Positions 38,701-47,103 of a DNA stretch of 47,103 nt are shown in pieces. The DNA is from Malacoraja senta. Taxonomy: Eukaryota. Position numbers and translations under genes: made by a program. Under the pieces are notes generated by a model that had not been told where the DNA came from, did no database searches, and saw nothing but the letters and a program-made list of their open reading frames with translations. Numbering within the stretch: position 1 is the first letter of the stretch; each line of letters begins with the position of its first letter. The DNA lies in the NCBI GenBank assembly GCA_038087875.1, contig JAXLNO010000516.1, positions 62,001-109,103 on the forward strand, read 5' to 3'.

Positions 38701-39457
38701 TTATTACTCTTGCCAAGAGAATTCGGTTAAGTTTAAATTTCAATAGTATTATCTTATTATGTTTATCTATAGTGGGATCTTTAGCATTATCTAACTCTAA
38801 CTGTCTTATTTCTTGTTCTAACAGCATCTGTTCTGTTTTATTCTTCGTATTTTGAAAAATTTCATATGAAATTATAATTCCTCAAATAAATGCTTTAAAG
38901 GTTTCCCATATTAAAGAAGGTGAGGTACCTGGTGTATCATTTATCTCAAAAAATGATATAATTTGTTGTTTCAAATATTGATAACCCTGTAAGTCATTTA
39001 ATATATATGTATTAAACCTCCAAAAAAAATCTTTCCCGGCATTCCTTCAAATTTTACTAAAAAAGTCAATGGAGAGTGATCAGAAATACTACTAATATGG
39101 TATGTTGGGTTAATTATATATGGCATTAATTTCCTATCCACTAAAAAATAATCAATTCTTGAGTATGTTTTATGTACCGAAGAGTAAAACGAGTATTCCC
39201 TTCCTGCTTGGTTAGCAGATCTCCATACATCTGTTATGTTAGTATTTTTTATATATGTATTTAGAAATTCACTAGTCTTAGATTTTATATTACTCCTTCT
39301 TTGTTTTGCTGATTTGTCTAAGTATGGATCTAAAACACAGTTGAAATCCCCTCCTATTATGACATTTTGATAATTAAACTCCAGTATTATATCTATAATT
39401 TTCTCAAAGAATTGAGGGTTATCAAAATTCGGAGCGTAAATATTTACCATAGTTATT
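35713..39457 (-). mobile_element. L1-clade LINE (unit 3 copy)
   Basis: Duplicate of 23418-27161 with a private 14-nt insertion (~38125) and 13-nt deletion (~38361). Confidence 0.93.
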
Positions 39458-39814
39458 TGCTTAGACCAAAGTAACACAACTTGAAGTTTTTGTTACTATA
39501 CCTTAAACACATGTAACCATACCTTAAACAAAAGCGCTGCTTTGCACTTTAGTTGCAATTCTGCAACACACTTGCTCCTTTCTGCAACACACTTGCTCCT
39601 GCACACTACACACTATTTCATACATAAGACACTTCGTTCAAAAATGTAATCTCAGGGTACCATTGGGAAGACACAGCTATTCAAAATACAAAACACATCG
39701 GGTAATTGAAAACACTAAGATACACACCTGAAAATACTTACTTACAACACTGAACACCAATCAGCCAGCTACAAAAAGGCCTCAGTTATAAGCCATTTTG
39801 AGAACTTTGCAAGC

Positions 39815-41394
39815 ATGGATGCAGGGAGAGCAAGAGGCAGAGGTAGAGGAAGAGGAAGAGGAAGAGGAAGAGGTAGAGGAAGAGGAAGAGGAAGAGGAGG
39901 ACGTGGTCGAAGAGGCCATGCACGGACCATTATTTCCAATGACATAAGAGCAACTTTGGTGGACCATGTCATAAACCATGGCCTGACTATGAGGGAAGCT
40001 GGGCAGAGAGTCCACCCTAATCTAAGCCGTTGCACAGTTTCATCCATAATAAGGACATTCCGACTAGAAAACAGGTATGTCTTCAACTCTCTACTTTCTA
40101 CTCTACTCAGATGGTATCTAGAGTATTTACAGTACTGTACCATATCACATTACCGTATCACATGTATTGTATTGCAGGGTGGCTAATGCTCCTTTTGGAA
40201 CGAAAGTGGTAGTTTTGTGAAACATACCGTGATTAGGTATATTGAGATGTTTCAGTACAGTGTATGTAATATACAGTAAAGTACAGTATATACAGTACTG
40301 TAAAAAAGAAGCAAACCAATAACAATGTGTGGTTGCATTTTGCTATAGAATGACTAGAAGACCTTCTGGGGGTGGACGCCAACGCCTGTTCACCCAACAG
40401 CAGGAACTTGCCATTGTGGACCTAGTCAGAGCAAACAATGCAATCCGTCTCCAGCAGCTACGGCAACAAATACTTGCAGATAGGCAAGTGTTCAACAACA
40501 TAAACCGAGTAAGCATTACCACTATAAGACGCATCTTGGTAAAGCACAAAATGACCATGAAGCAACTGTACAGGGTCCCATTTGAGAGGAACAGTGTCAG
40601 GGTCAAAGGACTTTGACGTGAATATGTACAGGTAAGTGTTACAGTCCTTTACATTTACAATACAGTATTGGTGTAATCCAGTAACAGCTGAATATGTACC
40701 ATTGTATCAGTACCACATAGCCATCCACAATATGTTTTTTTTGTTACAGAGAATCTTGGCCATGGATGGAGCTGCACAGCCTCATGAATTTATTTACATT
40801 GATGAGGCTGGATTCAACCTTAGCAAAACAAGACGACGGGGTCGTAATATAATTGGCCAAAGGGCAATTGTGCACGGCCCGGGGCAGCGCGGGGGAAATA
40901 TCTCATTGTGTGCCGCCATAAGCCTTCGAGGGCTTCTGTACCATCATGCAAAACTAGGTCCATACAATACACAACATATCATCACATTTCTAGATGCTCT
41001 TCATAATATAGCTGTACAGGACAGACCAGAGCAGCCCAGGTTTGTTGTTGTCTGGGATAATGTCAGTTTCCATCGGGCTGCTCTGGTCCGGACCTGGTTC
41101 ACCAACCATAATCAATTTGAAGTGGTATACTTGCCCCCTTACTCACCATTTCTAAACCCTATAGAAGAATTCTTTTCGGCTTGGAGATGGTGTGTATATG
41201 ACCGCCAACCACATGCCCGCATGCCTCTTCTGCAGGCAATGGAACAGGCCTGCGGAGACATTGAGGTGAGGTCAATCCATGGATGGATTCGGCACACAAG
41301 GGGATATTTTCCCCGATGCCTAGTGGGAGAAGACATTGCTTGCGATGTGGATGAGATCCTGTGGCCAGACCCCAACAAACGGCAGGATCCATAA
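39815..41394 (+). pseudogene. Three-exon IS630-like DD35E transposase (~395 aa) with one nonsense codon; exons 39815-40074, 40349-40631, 40750-41394
   Basis: GT-AG introns (AG|gtatgt..ctatag|, AG|gtaagt..ttacag|) restore the frame; (RG)n N-terminus, HTH, YIDEAGF, WDNVSFH, LPPYSPFLNPIE; TGA at 40614-40616; AATAAA at 41575. Confidence 0.88.
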
Positions 41395-42151
41395 GCCCAC
41401 CTACAAACGATTGCCGTGTTTTTCTGTGTTTACAGTATAGTGTATTTTCGGTTTTATTTTTGTTTTATTTTTGCTTTAACTGAATTTACAGTACTGTGAA
41501 GTACAGTACTGCAATGTACTGTATTGAGTATTTGATTTTTTGGTTGTTGTGAAAACGTGCCTTCTGTGGAACTGAATAAAAACAGTGAAAATTAAAGACT
41601 GCAGTGTTTTATATAAAGTAGACTAGTGTGTTGCTGCTGATCTGAAAGTGTATTCATATGATGCAAGTGTGTATCATTTTGTCATCAGAGTGACGTTTTG
41701 ACAAAGGATTGTTAGGTTTTCATAGCAGAGTTTAGGTTTCGATAGCAGAGTTTCAATTTGACATGGATGTGAATGGTTTATTTCCCAGTGTTGTGTCTTA
41801 TTTGCTTGTGTGTAGAGTTTTTACAAAATGAGCGAAGTTTTGCAAAATGTGTTCAAGCAACAGGCAAAAACTGTAATCAACCTGATCTCCCGGTGGCTCA
41901 GCACATCAACTCCCCCGCCCCATTCCGAATCAGACCTTTCTGTCCTGGGTCTCCTCCATGGCCAGAGTGAGGCCCACCGTATATTGGAGGAGCAGCACCT
42001 CATATTTCGCTTGGGCAGTTTGCACCCCAGCGGTATGAACATTGACCTCTTATTTCAGGTAGTCCCTACTTTCTCCTCCCCTTCTCAGCTCTCCCTCAGC
42101 CCACTGCCTTCTCCTCTTCCTTTCTTCTTCCCGCCTCCCCCACCCTCACTT

Positions 42152-42249
42152 CAGTCTAAAGAAGGGTTTCGACCCGAAAAGTTGCCTATTTCCTTCGCTC
42201 CATATATGCTGCCTCACCCGCTGAGTTTCACCAGCATTTTTGTCTGCCT
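42152..42249 (+). ncRNA. Degenerate minimal hammerhead ribozyme in the Penelope 3' terminal repeat
   Basis: CTAAAGA-A-GGGT TTCG ACCC-GAAA (consensus CUGAnGA...GAAA); core mutated. Confidence 0.6.
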
Positions 42250-42370
42250 GCCATTTTTATACCTTTTGGTCTCACCATGTAGAAATTACAGCTGTGTTTA
42301 TTCCAGTCCCCCCCCCATTTCAGGGCACGATAATATTTGGGACACAGCAATGTCATGTCAATGAAGGTAC
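42250..42370 (-). mobile_element. Continuation of the outer Tc1 TIR, with inner direct repeat
   Basis: ATAATATTTGGGACA (~42330) repeats ATAATGTTTGGGACA (~34887), an IR/DR layout of ~230 bp once the inserts are removed. Confidence 0.7.
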
Positions 42371-42439
42371 TCAATAATAGACAAAAGACAGTAGGTGCAG
42401 GACTAGAAAGCATGTAGTAAGCAAGAAAGTATGAAAGTA

Positions 42440-43120
42440 ATCATGCAGGTACAGCAGGCAGTGAAGAAAGCAAATGGCATGTTGGTCTTTATAACAAGAA
42501 GAGTCAAGTATAGGAGCAAAGAGGTCCTTCTGCAGTTGTACAGGGCCCTGGTGAGACCACACCTGGAGTATTGTGTGCAGTTTTGGTCCCCTAATTTGAG
42601 GAAGGACATTCTTGCTATTGAGGGAGTGCAGCGTAGGTTTACAATGTTAATTCCCGGGTTGGCAGGACTGACATATGCTGAGAGAATGGAGCGGCTGGGC
42701 TTGTACACTCTGGAGTTTAGAAGGATGAGAGGGAATCTTATTGAAACATAAGATTGTTAAAGGTTTGGACACGCTAGAGGCAGGAAACATGTTCCCGATG
42801 TTGGGGAAGTCTAGAACCAGGTGCCAGAGTTTAAGTATAAGGAGTAAGCCATTTAGAACGGAGACAAGGGAACACTTTTTCTCACAGAGAGTTGTGTGTC
42901 TGTGGAATTCTGTGCCTCAGAGGGCGGAGGAGGTAGGTTCTCTGGATGCTTTCAAGAGAGAGCTAGATAGGGCTCTTAATAATAGCGGAGTCAGGGAATA
43001 TGGGGAGAAGGCAGGAACGGGGTACTGATTAGGGATGATCAGCCATGATCTCATTGAATGGCGGTGCTGGCTGGAAGGGCCGAATGGCCTGCTCCTGCAC
43101 CTATTGTCTATTGTCTATTG
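42440..43120 (+). mobile_element. CR1 3' fragment
   Basis: [37 protein letters not shown]; stem-loop and (CTATTGT)n tail. Confidence 0.95.
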
Positions 43121-43290
43121 AAGTCTGCGATTCATGGACATCACCAGTTGCTGGGTGTCTTCTCCGGTGATGCTCTGCCAGGCCTGCATTGCAGCCATCT
43201 TTAAGCTGATGCTTGTTTTGGGGGCTAGTCCCCTTCACTTTTCTCTTCAGCGTATAAAAGGCACGTTCCATTGGGTTCAGATTGAGTGAA
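43121..43290 (-). pseudogene. Tc1 transposase C-terminal fragment
   Basis: Minus strand reads SLNLNPMERAFYTLKRKVKGTSPQNKHQLK (SPDLNPIE-like), then QAWQSIT...VMSMNRRL after a frameshift. Confidence 0.75.
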
Positions 43291-43298
43291 AGAGCTCA

Positions 43299-43620
43299 AA
43301 TGTTAAATGCGACAAATGCATCGCGTTGGAATAACTTTGCACCCTCCCGCAAAGTTAAATGCAGCAAATGCGTTGCATTCAACTAATATTGCAACCCCCC
43401 CCAGGAAGTTCAATGCATTAAATCGCTTTGCACTAACCTTGCAAAACCTCTCAAAAATGTTAAATGCAACAAATGCATCACATTGGAATAACTTTGCACC
43501 CTCCTGCAATGTTAAATGCAGCAAATGCGTTGCATTAGTGATATTGCAACCCCCCGGGATGTGAAATGCATTAAATTCATTGCAATAATCTTACAAAAGC
43601 CTTCAGATGTGAAATGCAAC
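43299..43620. repeat. Higher-order tandem repeat: 2 x 157 bp, each built of three ~52-bp subunits
   Basis: GTTAAATGCRACAAATGCATC at 43302 and 43459; internal GTTAAATGCA/GTTCAATGCA/GTGAAATGCA every ~52 nt. Confidence 0.8.
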
Positions 43621-43829
43621 GGTGACATCATAGAGGGGACAGCGGAGGCGGGACATCCGGCCTCTGACTGACCGGACGTCCCCAATGGCGGAGAGAGACG
43701 TCGCTCAACCGGGCGGTGGGGCGGGACTTGCAGATGGCCGGAAACGGCAGGTGATTGGAGGAAAGGGATGTCAGTCAGAGGGAGGGAGAAGGAACCCGCC
43801 CCCTTGTCTCTCTCTGGTCCGCGTTGCAG

Positions 43830-44505
43830 ACAGGAGTGAGAGAGAGGGAGAAGGAGAGAGAGAGAGGGGTGTGGGCTGGGGGAGGGAGGGTAGGTGAGGG
43901 GAGGGAGGGAGAGAGAAAGATGGAGAAATGAAGAATTGAGTGAAAATTGAAGAATTGAGTGAAAGAGGTGGAAGGTGGGAGAGAGAGAGAGCGACAGAGA
44001 GAGAGAGAGAGAGAGAAAGAAAGGAGAGAGGGAGAGGGAAAGATAGAGAGGAGAGAGAGAGAGGGAGAGGGAAAGCAGGAGGGCAGGGGAAGGGAGGGGA
44101 GAGAGACAGAGAGAAAGAGGGGAGGGAGATATATGGAGGGAAAGAGAGAGCGGGAGAGAGATGGAGGAGTGTGGGCTGCGGGAGGGAGGAGGGAAGGTGG
44201 GGCAGGGAGAGAGGGAAAGAGAAATTGAGTGAAAAATGATTTGAGTGAAAAATGAGGATTTGAGTGAGACGGGGAAGGTGGGAGGGAGGGAAGGAGAGAT
44301 AGAGGGAGGAGAGGGAGAGAATGGAGAGAGGGAGAGGGAAAGATAGAGGAGAGGGTGTGAGAGGGAGAGGGAGGGAAAGAGGAGAGGGGAGAGAGAGAGA
44401 CAGAGAGACAGGAGAGGGAGAGGGAAATATAGAGGAGAGGGAGAGAGAGAGGGGGAGAGAGAGAAAGGAGAGAGGGCGAGGGAAAAATAGAGAGGAGAGG
44501 GGTGC
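43830..44505. repeat. GA-rich low-complexity tract
   Basis: Direct inspection. Confidence 0.9.
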
Positions 44506-44560
44506 ATTTTAAAGGAATTGCAGTCTTCACGTTCGGAGCAATTTGCAAGTTTGTCCCCAG

Positions 44561-44657
44561 CATCTGATGAAGGGTCTCCGTCAGAAACGTTGCCTATTTC
44601 CTTCGCTCCATAGATGCTGCCTCACCTGCTGAGTTTCTCCAGCACTTTTGACTACCA
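44561..44657 (+). ncRNA. Solo Penelope terminal repeat with hammerhead-like core
   Basis: CTGATGA (44564-44570)...GAAACGTT; downstream sequence matches 42181-42245; stem II poorly paired. Confidence 0.6.
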
Positions 44658-44736
44658 CCTATTAAATTCAATCATTAGTTAACTTCAGAGTGGTGGCGTT
44701 CGTGCTTGCGCGCGTGGAGGGCGTGCGTGTGTGTGG

Positions 44737-44922
44737 GCACACAATACTCCAGGTGTGGTCTCACCATGGCTCTGTACAACTGCAGAAGGACCTCTTTGCT
44801 TCTATACTCAACTCCTCTTGTTATGAAGGCCAACAGGCCAAAACTGCACACAATACTCCAGGTGTGGTCTCACCAGGGCTCTGTACAACTGCAGAAGGAC
44901 CTCATTGCTCCAATACTCAACT
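44737..44922 (-). mobile_element. Two tandem short CR1 ORF2 fragments
   Basis: GCACACAATACTCCAGGTGTGGTCTCACCA at ~44737 and ~44846, the reverse complement of VRPHLEYCV. Confidence 0.85.
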
Positions 44923-45016
44923 CTTTCTCAGTTTCTTTAGTGGTCTTTCCAAATAAAATGAAAACATCTTTTACACTTTGTGGACAACTCGATGTTTGAA
45001 ATATGTTCTTCAACCA

Positions 45017-45343
45017 GTTTAGTCTAGTTTAGTTTGGAGATACAGCACGGAAACAGGCCCTTCGGCCCACCGAGTCCGTGCCGACAAGCGATCCCCGCAC
45101 ACTAACACTATCTCCATCTCTGTCTCTATCCTACACACACACACCAGGGGACAATTTACAATCTTTACCAGAAACCAATTAACCTACAAACCCGCACATC
45201 TTTGGAGTGTGGTAGGAATCCGTAGCGCCCTGAGAAATCCCACACAGGTCACGGGGAGAGAACGTGTAAACTCCGCACAGACAGCACCCATGGTCGGGAT
45301 CGAACCGGGGTCTCTGTCGCTGTGAGGCGGCAACTCTACGGCT
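45017..45343 (-). mobile_element. tRNA-derived SINE (V-SINE/HE1-like) with CR1-type 3' tail
   Basis: B box GGTTCGATCC (45297-45306, minus strand); central GTTCTCTCCCCGTG..GTGGGATTTCTC domain; 3' GGGCCGAAGGGCC hairpin and (CTAAA)n tail; 5' A-box region truncated. Confidence 0.85.
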
Positions 45344-45534
45344 CTCCTTCCCTCTCTCCCTCATCCCTCTCTCCCTGTTCTCTCTCTCTATCTCTCCCTC
45401 ATCCCTCTCTCTCTCTCTCCCTCCTCTCTCCCTCCCTCCCTCTCTCCCTCTCTCCCTCCCTCCCTCTCTACCTCTCTCTCTCTCTCCCTCTTTCTCTCTC
45501 TCTCTCTCCCCCTCTCTCTCTCTCTCCCCCCTCT

Positions 45535-45572
<38 letters not shown>

Positions 45573-45950
45573 CCTCCCTCACTCTCTTTCTCTCTCCCAC
45601 TCCTTGCCTCCTTCCCCCTCTCCCTCCTTCTCTCCCTCTCAATCGCTCCAAAATTTCCTCAAAACTTTCTCAAACTCTCAGAACTTTCTCAAAACTCTCC
45701 CAAACTTTCTCTCTTCCTCCTCCTCCCCCTCCCCCCTCCATTTCTCCCCCCTCTCCCTCTCCCTCCCTTTCTCCCCCCTCCCTTTCACCCTCCCTCCCCC
45801 TCTCCCTCCTCTCTCTCTCTCAATCTCTCCAAAACGTCAAGTGTTTCTCAAAACTCTCCCAAACTTTCTCTCACACTCTCTCCCTCCCTCTCTCCCTCTC
45901 TCCATCCCTTCATCCTTCTCCCCCTCCTTTGTTCTCTCCATCCCACCCTC
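45344..45950. repeat. CT-rich low-complexity tract with AAAACTTTCTC units
   Basis: Direct inspection. Confidence 0.85.
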
Positions 45951-46116
45951 AATGCCCAAAAAACAACAACAAAACACCCTGGAACCAAAACTGCGGCGTT
46001 TCGCCCTCCACCCGGACGCCTGAGATCCGCCGTCCCGCTTTGCCAGCGCCGGTGCGCCGCCCTAAAGCGTCCCACCCCCTCCCTCCGGAAGCGCCTTTGT
46101 GGTCGAGAACAATGTC

Positions 46117-46195
46117 GGAGAAAGTCAGCGGGTTCAGCAGCTTCTGTGGAGCGAAGGCAATAGGTAACGTTTCAGGCCGAAACCCTTCTTCACAC
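46117..46195 (-). ncRNA. Solo Penelope terminal repeat with degenerate hammerhead
   Basis: Minus strand reads GTGAAGA-A-GGGT TTCG GCCT-GAAACGTT...CCTATTGCCTTCGCTCCA. Confidence 0.55.
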
Positions 46196-46290
46196 GCCAG
46201 GTTGGCCACTCAACCGGAAGTGGTGCGGGAATCCAGCTGCAAAAAAATAGCAGGTGAGGATAAAAGCTGCCATGCAGCGGGAGAGGCAGC

Positions 46291-46448
46291 AATGCAGCCA
46301 GTGATGTATGCATTCCCTTTAATGCAGCCAGTGATGTATGCATTCCCGTTAATGCAGCCAGTGATGTATGCATTCCCTTTAATGCAGCCAGTGATGTATG
46401 CATTCCCTTTAATGCAGCCAGTGATGTATGCATTCCCTTTAATGCAGC
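46291..46448. repeat. 30-bp minisatellite, 5.3 copies
   Basis: AATGCAGCCAGTGATGTATGCATTCCCTTT, one substitution. Confidence 0.95.
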
Positions 46449-46543
46449 AGGGGGAGCATGCACAGGCGCTTGCAGGCCGATCCCCCTGCCAGCCCGCAGT
46501 TGGCATTGTCTGAACCGGGTCTACGTTCGTCCAAATCCCCTCT

Positions 46544-46656
46544 GAGAGAGAGAGAGAGACAGAGAGAGAGAGACAGACAGATAAACAGAGACAGACAGAG
46601 AGAGAGAGAGAGACACACAGAGAGACAGAGAGAGAGACACACACACAGAGATAGAC

Positions 46657-46699
<43 letters not shown>

Positions 46700-46785
46700 T
46701 AAACAGACAGACACAGAGAGAGAGAGAGAGAGTGGGAGAGAGAGAGAGAGAGAGAGAGACAGAGATAAACAGAGACAGACGGAGA
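46544..46785. repeat. GA/CA compound microsatellite
   Basis: Direct inspection. Confidence 0.9.
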
Positions 46786-47103
46786 GTAGCAATGTTACAC
46801 AATTTTGAGATTTTAAAAATCAAGTCTGCAATTTATCCCATCAGATAAAGCATAAAAATAAGTTAAATTTGACACCTAATTCACTTTCATATCTTCAGTA
46901 TTAAAAAAGTTATGGCCATTTTCATACTCGGAAATTAGCATCTAGTTCCCTATTGCTTTTCCATTGACTTAACACAAAAGCTGTGATTGAGGACAGTCAA
47001 AAGCCCATAACTTTCTTAAAAATTCAGAGAACTGAAAGAAATGTTCAGTTATTATAGATTGAAGCATTCTGAAACAAATATGAAACAATCTTACTTAGAT
47101 GAC
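46786..47103 (+). repeat. Interspersed AT-rich repeat, copy 2 (runs off the window)
   Basis: Reverse complement of 13736-14049. Confidence 0.85.

Larger units (their letters stand above)
21207..39646. repeat. Tandem triplication of a ~6.15-kb segment: 21207-27350, 27358-33500, 33508-39646
   Basis: Identical ORF sets offset by 6150 and 6145-6146; identical 7-nt junction insert AACGAAG at 27351 and 33501. Confidence 0.98.
35672..41873 (+). mobile_element. IS630/Tc1-mariner DNA transposon (ISRm11-like) with 25-bp TIRs, interrupted by L1; orphan left ends at 23377 and 29527
   Basis: Left TIR CAGTTTTTGCCCATTGCTTGAACAC (35672-35696) matches the reverse complement of 41849-41873 at 23/25; TA on the right, TT on the left. 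Confidence 0.9.
35026..42249 (+). mobile_element. Penelope element, 5'-truncated, split into 35026-35669 and 41874-42249
   Basis: HLRSVR...NQPDLPVAQH...SESDLSVLGL...EEQHLIFRLGSLHPSGMN continues across the insert; 13-bp TSD GCCATTTTTATAC at 35013-35025 and 42250-42262. Confidence 0.9.

Noticed and set aside
45260..45343. tRNA gene
   Set aside because: Only a B box is clear, there is no cloverleaf, and it is the head of a SINE
43512..46823. Long Ser/Leu/Pro- or Glu/Arg-rich ORFs and the (MQPVMYAFPL)n ORF
   Set aside because: Translations of microsatellites and of the 30-bp minisatellite
13736..47103. ~315-bp inverted repeat pair 33 kb apart as TIRs of a giant transposon
   Set aside because: The shared terminus (TAGCAATG) faces inward in both copies, so they do not enclose the interval; they are better explained as independent copies of one repeat

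Overview
Eukaryotic, almost entirely transposon-derived DNA. The CR1 LINE, Penelope and V-SINE/HE1-like content suggests a cartilaginous fish, possibly a skate or ray (inference). No host gene, rRNA, tRNA gene or CRISPR array is supported. Main contents: (1) several CR1 LINEs, including a near-full-length copy at 6112-10823 with an intact esterase-type ORF1 and an EN-RT ORF2 broken by one stop; (2) L2-group, L1-group and Rex1/Babar LINE fragments, several nested with exact junctions; (3) a ~6.15 kb tandem triplication (21207-39646) with identical fold-back junctions; (4) a four-level nest: Tc1 > Penelope > intron-containing IS630-like DD35E transposon > L1; (5) three hammerhead-ribozyme-like Penelope ends; (6) a tRNA-derived SINE and several minisatellites. 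The strongest candidate for new biology is a U_UUA_AAC slippery heptamer directly before the CR1 ORF1 stop, with ORF2 open in the -1 frame. This suggests gag-pol-like -1 ribosomal frameshifting in a non-LTR retrotransposon. All family calls come from motif recognition by eye, without database searches.
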